Positions 26,768-40,972 of a stretch of 64,000 bases of DNA are shown here, piece by piece; within the stretch, counting starts at the first letter, position 1; each line of letters begins with the position of its first letter. Under the pieces are notes generated by a model, which ran no database searches, was not told where the DNA came from, and saw nothing but the letters and a program-made list of their open reading frames with translations. Position numbers and translations under genes: made by a program. The DNA comes from Eledone cirrhosa (lineage: Eukaryota), in assembly GCA_964016885.1 (NCBI GenBank), contig OZ024740.1, forward strand, positions 368,280,001-368,344,000, in the 5' to 3' direction.

Positions 26768-26863
26768 TTGACTTTGCCTTTCATCCTTTCGGGGTCGATA
26801 AAATAAAGTACCAGTAATACACTGGGTAATTGCTGGCCTTGTGCCTAACGTAGAAACAATTAT
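26768..26863 (+). mobile_element. 5'-truncated SINE
   Basis: TTGACTTTGCCTTTCATCCTTTCGGGGTCGATAAAATAAAGTACCAG...AGAAACAATTATT. Confidence 0.85.
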
Positions 26864-28205
26864 TAAAGTTTTATAAACCGTTATGACTTTTTAAGCCCAA
26901 CAGTTGATAAGAGACGTCAAAAATTAAGTCCTGATTGTTTAGTGTTTTTTCCTGACTTTTTGCGAGGCTTAGAATGTAGACAAAGCTTTATGAAGGCAGT
27001 TTGAGAATAATTGGCTTTTTTTGTTAATTAAGTTTTCATAATTAGTCATTATAGTCTCCTTTGTGCAGAGGTTGGAGTTAGTTGATATATACGAGTTTGT
27101 GTATATTTTACTATTACAAAGCTTCGTCCAAAAATCGAGCATTTTAAATGTTTGTCTTTTAATGACCATATAAGTTGTGATAAAGAAGTCGAAGACTTCC
27201 TATTAAAATTCGAAAATGAGCATTTGTGATTTGCAAATCTCGATTTAAATGTCAAAGAACTTGCCCCTATATAGTCGTATGTGTTGTTATTTCTTTTCAC
27301 GGTGCATTTATATACCAGGTTTCTATCCAGACAATTATTTTACCGAGAGCAATCTGGTTTATTTCTACAATTACATTTCGATTTATTATTATTTATATTA
27401 ATATTATTATTAATAGCATTATATTGATTTTGGTTTAGAATTATACTATTTAGTTTAGCGATGATTTGGGCCATACTCATAGTTGTAGAATAAGAAAGTT
27501 TAATTGTGTGTCTATTAAATATGGAGTGGTATTTATGTTGACTAGGGAAGGAACTATCTAAAGCTTTAAAAAATAGATTAGCTATTGGTGTTCTTACTGC
27601 TTCAAAAGCAGGGGACGCAAACCATATAACTGATTTAGTTATGGTTCTTTTACCCGATTTACTCACAGTACAGGTGTTTGAATTATAGTTATTAGAATTT
27701 TTAGAATTTCGTTTATATATGCCATTATTTTTATCAGGATTAAGACTCGGATTATTATTGTCTATATATTCTATATTATGTTTATAACCTGCCTTTCTTA
27801 GCGCAACATTGTAATATCCTGCTTTTTCATCAAATATTGATTTATTGGCAACTATTCTAGTTATGCGTTTCTGTACACTATTTACAATTGCGTTTTTCAC
27901 AGATTTAGGGCGATTAGAGTAATAACTAACGTAATTTAAGTTTTCATTGGGCTTATGGAAAGGGTAATAAAAACCAGAGTTTAAGCTAAGGGTAACATCA
28001 AGCAAATTAACTATTTTGGTACCACTTTTAACCTCTAGTTTAAGGTGGTAATTTTTAAAGAATTCAATTATTTCTTTACCCTATTTAGTTCTGTATTGCT
28101 GTGTTTAACAACAATATTTAACTACTTTTCCCATCTTGACGTTATAGTCGCATATATGTTATAGAATGCCGTTAGCTTCTTGCTAAAACAATCTCTATAC
28201 CTCCC

Positions 28206-28289
<84 letters not shown>

Positions 28290-28324
28290 TTGAACATTTC
28301 AAACTTTACTGTCACCACTGAATA

Positions 28325-28365
28325 TGAATCTGAAGATTGCGAAAGAGCATGAAAGTACTTGTTCA
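28325..28365 (+). ncRNA. Type I hammerhead ribozyme (minimal)
   Basis: TGAAT-CTGAAGA-TTGC gaaaga GCAT-GAAA-GTACT-T-GTTCA, with palindromic AGTACT stem III. Lies in a ~190-bp island between TA tracts. Confidence 0.68.
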
Positions 28366-28475
28366 ATTAACATTTAACATTTAATATTCTACCATACTAT
28401 TTCATTATAATATCATTATTATTTTAAAGGATTGTAAATAAAACGAGTAAATCAGACAACGTTGGAATTCCTTTA

Positions 28476-28510
<35 letters not shown>

Positions 28511-28592
28511 TCCAAATACTTGTCCAGTGCTTTATATCAGTTATAAAAATATTTACTTGCTGTATCCCAACAATTTTAAATAGAACTTTTGC

Positions 28593-28759
<167 letters not shown>

Positions 28760-29101
28760 AATATATGGCCGCTGTCTTATTAACCACTCGCTTTCAACTG
28801 ATTGACCTCGATGTCACGTGATTGATTCTTTTTGAATTTGCCACAGACGTAGAGGCAGTGATTTTCTCAATGGCTAGGAATCCAGTCCACGCTTCGCTAT
28901 TTCCTTTCCACTGAATTATTTATTTAATAAGTTTCCAGAGTCCTCGCTATGCCTGGAGACTTACACGGAAAAAGACTTTCCTATGACGGAATGATTTTCT
29001 ATATGTTTCTTCGGAAAATATATTTACTCCATTCCAGAAACTAATTAGTTGGAATTGATTTTTTAGTAAGTAAGATAATTTTATAATTTTCTTATTTTAC
29101 G

Positions 29102-29200
<99 letters not shown>

Positions 29201-29455
29201 TAAATATATATATATACCAAACAAATAGTTTAACGCTCTACTTGGATGAATACAATAAATGAGTTCTTCGAATATGAATAATTGTTTCTACTTCTGGCAC
29301 ACGGCCACCAATCATCCCAGTGTATTCCTGGTGCTTTATTTTATCGAATATTAATAATAAGGTTCGATTTGTTTGTAATTATGCACACGGACCTTTAAAT
29401 CCATGCCAATAGAATGACGCCGTCATTAATGTTCTTGTGTTGGCATGCAAATAAA

Positions 29456-29502
29456 ACTGTAGACACTAATGTTTCTGGGTGATTACCCTTCATCAGTGCA
29501 GT
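29456..29502 (-). ncRNA. Type I hammerhead ribozyme
   Basis: Minus strand: ACTGCA-CTGATGA-A GGGT aatc ACCC A-GAAAC attagt GTC-TACAGT, with a canonical GUC triplet. Confidence 0.72.
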
Positions 29503-29599
29503 ATACTTCTTACCTGCCAATTGTCAGAGCTAGTGAAAATATATGATATTTTTAAAAATATACAGTGACTGATCACCCTGATAAGCATATTAGCAGACT

Positions 29600-30778
29600 G
29601 CTTGATCAGTCAGATCTGCATATCTGCATGTCGGTAGTAAATGTGTCTACCCCGCTTTCAAATACTGCGTTTGTGTATTTCGATAGTTTTCTTGCTCTTA
29701 ATCTCCAACATTTCTTAATCGCAAATTAGAAGAATTTTACATCTGAAGACGTATTCTTCGGGTTGATTGAATTGATGTAGAAAATATATCGTTGTAGGGC
29801 CCATAATCGATTAAATAATATACACATGAATTAGAGAATATAGCCAATCTCGACTTTCGAAATGATGTGCTTGTATCACAAATGAAAAAAATATATATAA
29901 AGCATCTAGTACGTTGCTAGCTACGTCTGTAAATCGTCTTAAATGAGCTAATTGAATTTATTATGTGGATCCAGTCAAGAAGCGAATGTGCTCCAAAAGT
30001 GAATGAATAACGATATATATTGACAATATTATGGAATAATGTATACGGCCATTCTCGTTCTGCGGCAATGAATTACACTTCACGTTCGTTAACCACCATT
30101 GGTTAACTGGAAAATGTATAATATGATATATAATACGAAATATGATACATATAATAGTTAAACGTCTTCGAAACAAAACATTGCACCTTGATACAAAAAT
30201 GCTCGCAGCTAATGCTTTATGGTGAACAGGTTTGTTTCCAAACAATGTGGTTCTAGATTCGATCAAGATAGCCGGCAGGTGTTTTTTATTATCATATTCT
30301 TTGTGTACTTTGCCAGTTTGGATTACTGTAGAAATCAATTGTATACATATGGTTTCTTAGACGTGCACATAGGGATATCTCCTCGTTATCTATCTACTCT
30401 GTCTCTTTCCTGAGTATCACTCTTCAGAATATATGTTCTAAACGCCCGTCCGTATTAGTCCAGTCATGGAATCGATATCTCGAGTCACTTGGAATATGTA
30501 ACACGAATTGTTTCAGGAGCGTTCTCGTTAAAATAATCAAACAATTCTTGCGGTACATCAGAATGATGACTACTTCACCTTTGAATCAGAAATCATCACA
30601 TACAAAATTCGTGGTGCAGGACGTGTGTTTGGATTATCCAGCTGTGTTTCGCAATTCAGATTTTATCAAATGTGAATTTTTAGGTAAATATGATTCGGGT
30701 TCAGTATATACACACACACACACACGCACGCACGCACACACACAGACACACACACACACACATACGCACCCACACACC

Positions 30779-30837
<59 letters not shown>

Positions 30838-31500
30838 CTGTGTATGTATGTATACTTTGTTTTTGTAGGGAGGCTTATGCTGCCAATAAAACACACGAAC
30901 CTGTTGCTTTTTAATTCAGTTTATTACACATTTTCAGTTGGTTGGCCAAATAAACGGGCGGCTGTTTATTTATTGTCAAAGGTGTTTCGTCACACATTCT
31001 GTGATTCCCCCAGTAACTAATTTGTTATTGTGTGTCTTCCTTTGTTCTGTTTAACGAAACCGTGTTTTCTGTATTGTGTGCTCACAACACTATGTTCGTT
31101 TTTATGATGAATTACCAAATAGATAATTAGTGTAAACGATTGCTAGTTCAGCTGATAGATAGGTATATGTAAAGAGGTGGAGATAAAACGTATATGTGTG
31201 TGGTATTGAGGAATAAAGTGGTACATAGAGTTTGATATGGATTGACAAATGCAGAAAATGTGTATATAACTTTCATATAATTTGGTTTCGTAATTATTAT
31301 TTCTCACAAAGTAACGGATGATCATATCATAACCTCTCTTCTTTAATATCGGGCGCTCCATACAAAAGAGTAGAAGGATTTGGCATTGATGTTCAATTAT
31401 ATTAAATGGGTTACAATCTGAAGCTCTTATTGAATAATTATCTTCTTAGAACGATGCTGAGATAAAAGGACTATTTGGGGATTAATTCTCGTATAATCTC
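29600..31500 (-). mobile_element. Possible highly decayed LINE RT remnant
   Basis: Only faint RT-like traces (e.g. ...GIPQ..LSPPLY-like region near 31170-31215); many stops; interrupted by microsatellites. Confidence 0.3.
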
Positions 31501-34218
31501 ATTATCTTGACGTAATAATATTTTCCATAATAAAGAGACGCCCCTACATCATCCCATCAAACAACATTCATAACCGTAAGTGAAATATTTTCCTCAGAAG
31601 CTCCAAAAAAATCTATTGATTTTCGCCACTACTTTGCTTTAATATGATATTAAATATTCTTTATTAATTATTTATTAAACATATACCTTATTGATAGCCA
31701 TTGTGAAGTTCATAACTCTATGATAAGGACCATAACATAATGTTTTTCCCCCCATCGACAAAAGAGATATTTGGAAAGATATGATAGAGGCGTGACGCAT
31801 TTTACCTAATCCACAAAGTTTTATAATTCTCAGCTACTCCAAAAAAATCAATACACTGTTACAAAATACATGTGTAATAATTACTTTGCAAATGATACTT
31901 TATAGATTGTTATTTAAACGCTTTTTTTCTATACACAGGAAGCCCCTACACATTGATTTTAATTTCTAACTTTTCGGAGTACAAATTTCATTAAGCATAT
32001 TTAAGTTATCGCTAAACGCTTTTCAGTGGAATATAGTTATTTACAAAATATTTAATTTTACTCGGTAAAAGGTATGTTAAAACGTATCCAAGTAACACTG
32101 CCCGAATTACCTTATAAATCAAAACAAAATGTCTAAACTGATCTAGAAATGAAATAAACGATTGATCATTTTATATATAATCAATGGCTGTATTCTGTCT
32201 TAGATATTAAGGGAAAAAATTATTATAAGTAATGACATTTAACGCTGTAAAATGATGTTAAGGTAACAATAACACAAATAACCATTAATAATTTAAAATA
32301 AGAAACACCAAAATTAAAACAAAATAGAGAAGACAAGTTCCCTAAAACTACTATATTAATGACTAATAATACTGTTATTGTTTGGAGATGACGCATGTGC
32401 TTTTACATTTTCCATCATTTAAAACTAAAACGCATCTAAAATTAGGGTAAATAAGTAAGGTTTGATTTGAATATAAACAATTTTTATTTCAATAATTATA
32501 GTTAAGGAGCAATAAGGATAGTTAAGGAGCAAAGATATTATTATATAGTTTTTATGTCCGAATAATATTGGAATGCTAGGTAATTCAAGAGACGTAGATA
32601 ACATAGTTTTACAATAATGTTACAATAGATAGAGGAACACTGCCGGATTGTTTCAAAAGCTATTTCAGGCAATCTTAGACAAACAACAGAGTTTCATTAA
32701 CGTTTATATTACAGGAAATGAGATATCGTATTTAAATCAATTCTATTGTAACTTGACTGAATCAGGAAGGCAAATATGTATCAAGTGATTTCAATTGATG
32801 AATACATATCTGCATGATATCACAATCAATAATTAATCGATTACAGTATAGGCCCATACGTTATGTTATGGGAAAATCAAAGGATACGATTTAAGGATAT
32901 TTCTAAACAGGAAAATTATACGATACACATGAAATATTTTTAACCTGTCCTAGAAAAATTATACACAACGTAGTATAATTTATTGTTCACCTTCTCAGTA
33001 TACGCAGCATATTCATTCTTATGCCATATGGATAAGTGAACATACACCCCCTCCATATATATATATAGAGAGAGAGAGAGCGAGAGATCAGAGAGTCACT
33101 CCTGGTAAAATCACTATTTCTCCGAATAGAGAGATCACAGCTCCGATACTATGGTTATGTTGCTAGAATGTTTTTTAGCTAAAACAAACAGGCAGGAGAC
33201 CCAGTGATAGACTCCAAGCAAGATGTTTGGATAACATCCATGAGATTCGCTTGTCTAGCTTGGGCATCCAGCCGGATTAGTTAGAGACATTTGCTTGTGA
33301 CAGGACCTGACTGAAGGAGTATTTGAGGACTCTGAACCAATGACCCTCTCAGGAATAAGTGGAGGTAGAAGAATAAGAGAAGTGTCTACATACATTTCCA
33401 TGGGTTGGTGTCTTAATGATACTGATTTAATTAAATTGATTAAGTTGGACCGAAGCGTTATCAGTCCTATTCGACAGCTTTGTCTCAGTATTATGTATAT
33501 ATATAATTCGGTTGCACAGGGAGAGGCAAAAATCTGTTCAAATACGCCATCTGGAATCAACCTCCGCATTTACGCTACGATTACTTTTACACGAAATTGA
33601 TCTGGCCAGCCTTTCAGCCCGTAAATACAAATCTTAACATTCAATATAAAATGCAAATAAATCAATGCGTTTTCAATGAAATTAGAAAAGTTTGAGATTT
33701 TGAAAGATATTTGCTTTTCCTGTGATAAAACGCCGCTATTTCTATAATTATTTTTATAATACCGATGAAATTTGGTACATCGTCTGTACATCTTTCATGT
33801 AGCTTGTATTTAAAACAGAATATCAAGTGACATGTTATCCAACCTATTTTCATTTCAGTCGTTTTAGTTAAAAATAGAATTCCTGCATCTATCATCATGA
33901 ATTTTAATCATTCGAGATTTATATTACACACGGTTATAGGCATATTCATGTAACATTTGAAGAAGCAAGTGTAGGATATCTACATAAAGAATAGATGTTT
34001 TGTAAGGCTTGTTCATATGAGATCACTCATCCCCCATTCTGAGACTTGTTAAATAACTACTGTATACCTCTGCCAAATAAAGTCTTTCAAGTGCAATTAA
34101 CAATAATTGTCGTCATTTAGTTTCATTAGTTTGGAAGTTCATTTAATGATCTTCTCTTTAACTAATATTATTGCTAATTTATATGAATGTGTACACACAC
34201 AAATATCGCTCTCTCTCT

Positions 34219-34280
<62 letters not shown>

Positions 34281-34349
34281 CTGTGTAGATATACACACAC
34301 ACACAAACATAAACACACACACACAAACACACACACGCACACACACACA

Positions 34350-34427
<78 letters not shown>

Positions 34428-34899
34428 TACATATAATTGTCTCTTCTGTAGTGAGAACAAATTAAAAACTTATGATTTCCTTTGAGAAACATAGAGTCGT
34501 CCAGTGATCACTCACAGTGCAATTTGTCGTTAAATAATGTCATCAGACACATGGAAGTTACATATCGAAACAGAGTGTTTTGAATAGGAAACTTTGGTGA
34601 AAATGAACACTTTGATATTTCATCTCTCTGAGTAGGCACTCTATGTATTTAACACATGTGTGGCTAGTAAATAATTAAACAAGTTGAGTATGTAATCCCC
34701 TAAGAGAGATAAATAATGTACATATTCGTCTATGGAAATTGAACTCATATATGCTGTCCGTTAGACGGCTGCATTTCCCTTACATCAAAGCTAGACCAGC
34801 ATCTTACACATCCTTGTGAAGTCTTAATTATTAGTGCGGATATGACGAGAGCGTTTACAGAAGTGGTAGAGACGGTTGAAATGGATTCTAAGTTAGAAA

Positions 34900-35420
34900 C
34901 GAAGGAGTAGAAGAAAAAGAAAAGAAGTTATGTTGTTCCCGAACGAGAGAATTGGCAGCCATGCAGTCCTCGATGTAATAACCACATAGCTTGGGGGTGG
35001 GCCGATACACTGAGAAAAGGTTTTGTGCCCAGACATACCTCATTCATACATTGACGTGAGTGGACCCTTGTTTTGTCCTAATAGTCACCACGATTGACTG
35101 TCCTTAGCTCTCAACCGAAATATTAGACAGGAGTTTAGCGAGTCGGATAATTGTAGAGTTCCAGAGATGAGGAGAGAAGCGAAGTGTACATAAAAGTGAA
35201 AGGGATAGAGTTCTTGTGGGCTATTTTGATGTTTGTGACTTCATTCGAGCGAGAAGATTAAGTGGTGGATGTGATAGTGGAAAAGACGAAGTGCTTTTTT
35301 GGTGTTATGGACGAGAGAGGGAAGTCCAGCTACCAATTATGAGAGAATAGTGCCCAGACAGGCCGAAATGTTTTCCGTTGGATAACTGCGGGTAAAGACG
35401 AGGAGACAATCATGGGCTAT
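34900..35420 (-). mobile_element. Decayed RTE-like LINE 3' fragment
   Basis: GC-richer block with RTE-like 3' end features (GGCAGCCATGCAGTCC..., CTCATTCATACA). No intact ORF. Confidence 0.4.
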
Positions 35421-36916
35421 CGTGTTTGTTTAGGTTTGCGAGAAAATAGATTGTGGGGTTGTGAGGAAGTAGATCAGATGCGATGACGAGCCAGCAGATA
35501 GTGGAAGAGGCATTTTGCTGATACTTTTGAGTTGGGGCAGCTGACATGAATAGGTAGAGAGGCTTGCAGTATATACTTTGGTAATTTACTGCTACTTGAG
35601 AATGCGTGTATTTTTTACATAAAACATTGGTGAACAACGTAATCCACAACCCATTCCCTATACATAATGATACTCTACACAATGTAGCGTGTATTATTTC
35701 GTACAAATTGTTTATACATCAACATATATATATATTTTACATACGTGCACAGCAATAGTCGAACATGTACATATATACGATGCATATGCTATGGAGACAA
35801 GAAAAACGGAAGCAGAAATAATGTTTGGATGACTCACCTCTCCAGATGATTTTGTTTGAATCAGATAAATTTAAATAGTCATCTAGCTGGTAATATTCAC
35901 CTATTTTCACCATTTTCCCACCTGAATAAAATTGTGCAAAGAAATATTTAGTAACAAACGAAATACCACAGAACAAATAAATTATAAATATAAACATAAT
36001 AGATAATTCCTATTCTTTGTTGTTTACCGATTTATTCTCCGTTTGAAATATCTAAATAGTTAAACATCTTTTTCAAAACGATATCATAGGAGAGAATATA
36101 GAAACAATTATTATAAAGAAAATTCCGTATTTAGAGGCGAATAGATATTTGGCATGAAATTAATTTTCACGTTATTATTTCCATTTCAAACAGTTTTCTT
36201 TTACTGCTTATGTTTGATCTCAATGTGAATTTTCTAAAATAACATTAACATATATTATCAAAACTAAAAATTCTTACTTAATTCTATTATGAGCAAACCA
36301 GTTATGGCACAGATATTTTCCAGTTCCTCTTCAGCAACTGGTAACATTTCTTTAATCTCCACTGTACATAAACTCTAATTTTGATTGATTTACATTTACT
36401 TATTCAAAATTGTAATTTACCTTAAATTGCATTTCTTTTATCTTGCAGCCTCAATTAAGTACATTCATCTGGAGATGTGTACACAGATATTCATTCACTC
36501 TCACACACATACACACAAACACACATACACATAGACACACACCCACACCCATATATATATATATATATACATATTTATATATATATATATATAAAAGTTT
36601 ATCCCGAGTTCAATCGGGGTCAACCACAGTAGGAAGGTACTCAATTCATAGCAGAGTATAAATATTTAATATAGAAATGGTTCTACAGGATTAGAACTGG
36701 TTCATTCGGGAGAAATCACCAGGAAGCCGACTGTCCAAGTAATATGGCGGTATTTATACCTTTTCTGGTGGTAGGAGAGGGTGGTGATTGGGATGAGTGG
36801 AGGTCATTGGTTGATGGAATTAAAGAAAAGTTAATTCTTTAAAAACTATATTTAGAATAACAAAGGCAGAAAGAATTCAATCTAAGTGTCTGTAGACAGG
36901 TTCAAACCATTTATAT

Positions 36917-37002
<86 letters not shown>

Positions 37003-37242
37003 GTTTTTCACTGCTCCAAATAATGACGTATTATATTCGTTTTTTCCAGTTATTTGCCAGAGAACGTTTCCACGAACCAAAGTATCGTCTTCCCGTCTTC
37101 CTCCGATTGCAACATTTTTTTGAAATATTCACTTCTGCGTTCACAGATTGACTTTGTTAGTTTCAGAAGATCCCGTTAAGGGTTAACGCAGCGATTCGTT
37201 GCTTAAACTTTAATCTGTTATTTTAATAAATATATATATAAC

Positions 37243-38024
37243 ATTAGAATTGGTGCTCTGAAATAGCTATATATATATATATGAATGTATATATAATGTA
37301 TTTTGCAATACACTGTATGCTTAATTAAAAGCATTTCGAAGACCTTATGCTATTGTTTTAGAGTAGTGACAGACTCACTTTCTTTAATTTTCAGCAAACA
37401 GGGGAGATAAAGCTGACAGGGCCCTGTTTCGCATTTGTTGATGCTTATCAAAGCCAACTACTGCTCCTGTTTGCTGCAGTCATGGATGTTTGGTTCTTAT
37501 AGAATTCTAGTAAATAATCAGGAACTGATTATACAGAGCGGTTGCCGGTCAAGAAGAAATTGAAAATTAGAATTGGTGCTCTGAAATAGCTATATATATA
37601 TGACTGTATATATAGTGTAATTTGCAATACACTGTATGCTTAATTAAAAGCATTTCCAAGACCTTATGCTATTGTTTTAGAGTAGTGACAGACTCACATA
37701 CATTCATATATATATAGCTATTTCAGAGCACCAATTCTAATTTTCAATTTCTGCTTGACCGGCAACCGCTCTGTATAATCAGTTCCTGATTATTTACTAG
37801 AATTCTATAAGAACCAAACATCCATGATTTCAGCAAACAGCAGGAGTAGATGGCTTTGATAAGCATCAATAAATGCGAAACAGGGCTCTGTCAGCTTTAT
37901 CTCCCCTGTTTGCTGAAAATTAAAGTAAGTGAGTCTGTCACTACTCTAAAACAATAGCATAAGGTATTCGAAATGCTTTTAACTAAGCATACAGTGTATT
38001 GCAAAATACACTATATATACATTG

Positions 38025-38025
<1 letters not shown>
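37243..38025. mobile_element. Diverged retrozyme relative: ~1.4 units (-) joined head-to-head with ~1 unit (+), unit ~324 bp
   Basis: Shares GCTATTTCAGAGCA, GACCGGCAACCGCTCT and CAGTTCCTG with the 310-bp unit. Inversion junction ~37698. HHRs at 37411-37455 (-) and 37852-37896 (+). Confidence 0.88.
37852..37896 (+). ncRNA. Variant hammerhead (U3-A8 core); mirror copy 37411-37455 (-)
   Basis: GGCT-TTGATAA-GCAT caataa ATGC-GAAAC AG ggct CT GTC-AGCT, enclosed by stem TTTCAGCAAACAG/CTGTTTGCTGAAA. Confidence 0.82.
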
Positions 38026-38069
<44 letters not shown>

Positions 38070-38514
38070 AACACATATATACATATACAGGGAGTGTAAC
38101 CTGAAGTTACTGTAGGTTCCCCCAGGTAAGCACTAGGTGTTTAGATTCCCATTTGTAGTGATCATTTGATTCCAGAATCGGGCCAGTTTGATAAAGATCG
38201 AACCTTGAGCTGAAACGCGCATCTCCAATCAATAAACGTGATTAAGGCGTACCAATTCGTCCTTGTATTATATATATATATGATCAGGCAAGTTGTCAGA
38301 CTGACATATACTCTCTCTTTTAATTGAGATAGAAGATTTCTGTGACAGTTTAGTCTCTGAAATTTCCAGTTGCTAAGTAACGGATTCATTGAGCAATAGA
38401 TGATTAACTTGCTTAAACATTTAATTTTGTATCTCTGAAATTATATTAATTTGGTTTCCTTTATTTGAAGGTACTCTAATGTGATCGTCCTTATAGTATT
38501 CTCAGCTTTGTTTA

Positions 38515-38896
38515 AGATCATAGCGAATCGTCTTCTAAATGTTTTTAATTAAACATACAGTATATTGCCAAACGTACTATAGATGCATCCCTATTTCAGA
38601 GCACCAATACTATTACCTAATTCTTGCTGGACCGGCAATCGCTCTGTTTATTCAGCTCCTGACTATTACTGGAATTCTATAAGAAACCAGCCTCCATAAT
38701 TCTCGGCAAAATCAACTGTGTGTGTGGTCTTGATAAACGCTCACAAGCGAGAAACAAACTGTCTGTCGGCCGCTCTCTGTTACTTTTGCCGAGAATAAAT
38801 AAGTGAGATAGTGACTACTTTCAAACTCATAGCGAATGGTCTTCTAAAGGTTGTAACTTAAACATACAGTATATTGTCAAATATACTATACATACA

Positions 38897-38900
<4 letters not shown>
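38515..38900 (+). mobile_element. Third retrozyme relative (~1.2 units, period ~309 bp)
   Basis: TCATAGCGAAT.GTCTTCTAAA recurs at ~38518 and ~38827. Shares CTATTTCAGAGCACCAAT and GACCGGCAATCGCTCT with the other units. Confidence 0.82.
38725..38772 (+). ncRNA. Variant hammerhead (U3-A8 core)
   Basis: TGGTC-TTGATAA-A CGCT caca AGCG A-GAAAC aaactgtct GTC-GGCCG, enclosed by ATTCTCGGCAAAA/TTTTGCCGAGAAT. Confidence 0.75.
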
Positions 38901-38937
<37 letters not shown>

Positions 38938-38973
38938 ATAAATATGTATTTACCCTCACATTAGCAGCATATA

Positions 38974-39103
<130 letters not shown>

Positions 39104-39700
39104 TGTGTGTGTGTGTGTAACTGTGTGTCGGTATGATATTTATCCTCTACGATGTTTTGCAATGAGCAAATTATTAAATATGAACTTGTCTAATTATTGT
39201 TCAAAATAAATGAAGAATAATTTGCAAATGGCGAATGAAGATATTTAGGTACTAAGTGCGTTTCATGGAAAACGGTTATTTTATTAGTCTTAATGAATAG
39301 AGCATGTGTTTAAAACATCATGTAAAATCATTGCCGAGCATGAAGGCTTCGCAGTCGTTATTTAACGATAACACGTTATACTTTGATCTCGGTGAAAAGG
39401 CTGAGATCAATAATACCTAACATTTATAAAGTATGCTGTCAGTTAAAGATGACTCGGTCACAACTATATAAGCTCATATAAAAACGAGCCATCAAAGAAT
39501 TACAGCTTTTAACGGAATATATTTTTTTTCTGGTCCATTGCATCATTGCCGCTATGGTTGAAAAAAACATATATTTCTCGTCAACAGCATTCGCTTGAAA
39601 GGCTTTAGAATGTATAATCAAGAATATAAGTTGCTTTATTTTACATATATACCATTAACACTACTGTATATATATGTATATATATATATACATACACATA

Positions 39701-40220
39701 TACGAGGCTCGGCTGAAAAGTTCATAGGCTGATTAAGATGCTCTCGTTGAATGAGGCCGAATATGGTTTATTTTCAACCTAGCCCTTCTTGCGGACCACA
39801 CATTTCTTTCATCAGTATTGCAGTCTTGGTCAGAAAAGTCTTCAACTGCAGATAGGACTTAGTACTCACAACGATACTGGCTCCCAACCAAGCATTTTTA
39901 TACCAGGAGAATAGGGATGGTGATTGAACAGTTTACACCATTGTCACGCACTACAGCCACTGAAACCAAGGACTTGCGTGCTGGAGCATTGTCTTGATGA
40001 ATCAAAACCCATTTCTGCTGTCTTTCTCGGCGTTTGACTTGATAATATTTCGTAACTACTTCAGCACGTTGGCATAGAACGCTCCATTGATGGTGTGGCC
40101 CTTTTGCATCCACCAAAACTGAAGCCACCACTCTTCCTGCGGATGAAATGACCATCACCTTCTTTTGGGCTGGTGAAGAAGGCTGCTACGACTGCATAGA
40201 TTGTCGTTTTGTATCTCAAT
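39701..40220 (-). mobile_element. Mariner transposon fragment (one TIR plus decayed transposase)
   Basis: TA-CGAGGCTCGGCTGAAAAGTTC TIR-like end at 39701. Minus-strand peptide SAGRVVASVLVDAKG...HQDNAPARKS, then HPYSP in a shifted frame (mariner catalytic-domain motifs). Confidence 0.8.
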
Positions 40221-40413
40221 GAAAGATTTTAATTAAGAAAATCCTCACAGCTGGACAAAATAAATCCTCGACAATTCCTCATAATAACTTTCTAGTCCAA
40301 TGGAAATATCAGTAGCGACGTGATGAAACCTCTACCCGAAATAAGAAAAATAAATTTCACGTATAAATTGGGTACATTTCTCTCTCGTTTGTATATTCAT
40401 TTGCTTATATTTA

Positions 40414-40499
<86 letters not shown>

Positions 40500-40972
40500 C
40501 GCGTGTGTGTGTATGTGTGTGTATGTGTGTGTGTGTGTGTGTGTGTGCGCGTGTGTGTATGTGTGTGGGGGGGGGGGGGGGGGGGTATCTGTGTCTGTGT
40601 ATGTGTTTGAGGCTGGTTAACATTTCAGACTACTATCAAAACATATACATGCGGTGAATTAGCAGGGTTCTTAGAATATAGAATATAATGCTTTGTAGTA
40701 TTCGCTCCAGATCTCTGCTCTTTCAGTTAAAATCCCGCCGAGGTCAACTTTGCCTTTCATCCATTCGAGATCGATACATGTTACCAGGTTAGTAATGGGG
40801 TCAATTCCTCATCTATAACTCTTTCTCATTTCCATCAGATTTTTGAAGAAATCTGCGATGTTCAGGCCTAGAGACGGATGGTCTTCTTCAGGAATTACGC
40901 GAACATACCATACCGCGTCAAAATATATGTTACGCCGAAGAGAAAATGCTTCGCTTTCAGAAGAAAGGTTCT

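Larger units (their letters stand above)
24880..28085 (-). mobile_element. Decayed 5'-truncated Penelope-like element (RT thumb, GIY-YIG, long AT-rich 3' region, terminal HHR)
   Basis: ORFs 27340..28005 (LDVTL, KPN, SNRP, CNCRNKPDC) and 27049..27300 (VYKC...YIGASSLTFKSRFANH). HHR at 24928-24992. A SINE piece is inserted at 26768-26863. Confidence 0.82.

Noticed and set aside
40845-40897. HHR-like CTGAAGA...GAAC on - strand; similar faint motifs at ~21295-21335, ~36690-36728 and ~37160-37200
   Set aside because: Core boxes are broken or stems weak. They may be decayed ribozymes but cannot be supported individually.
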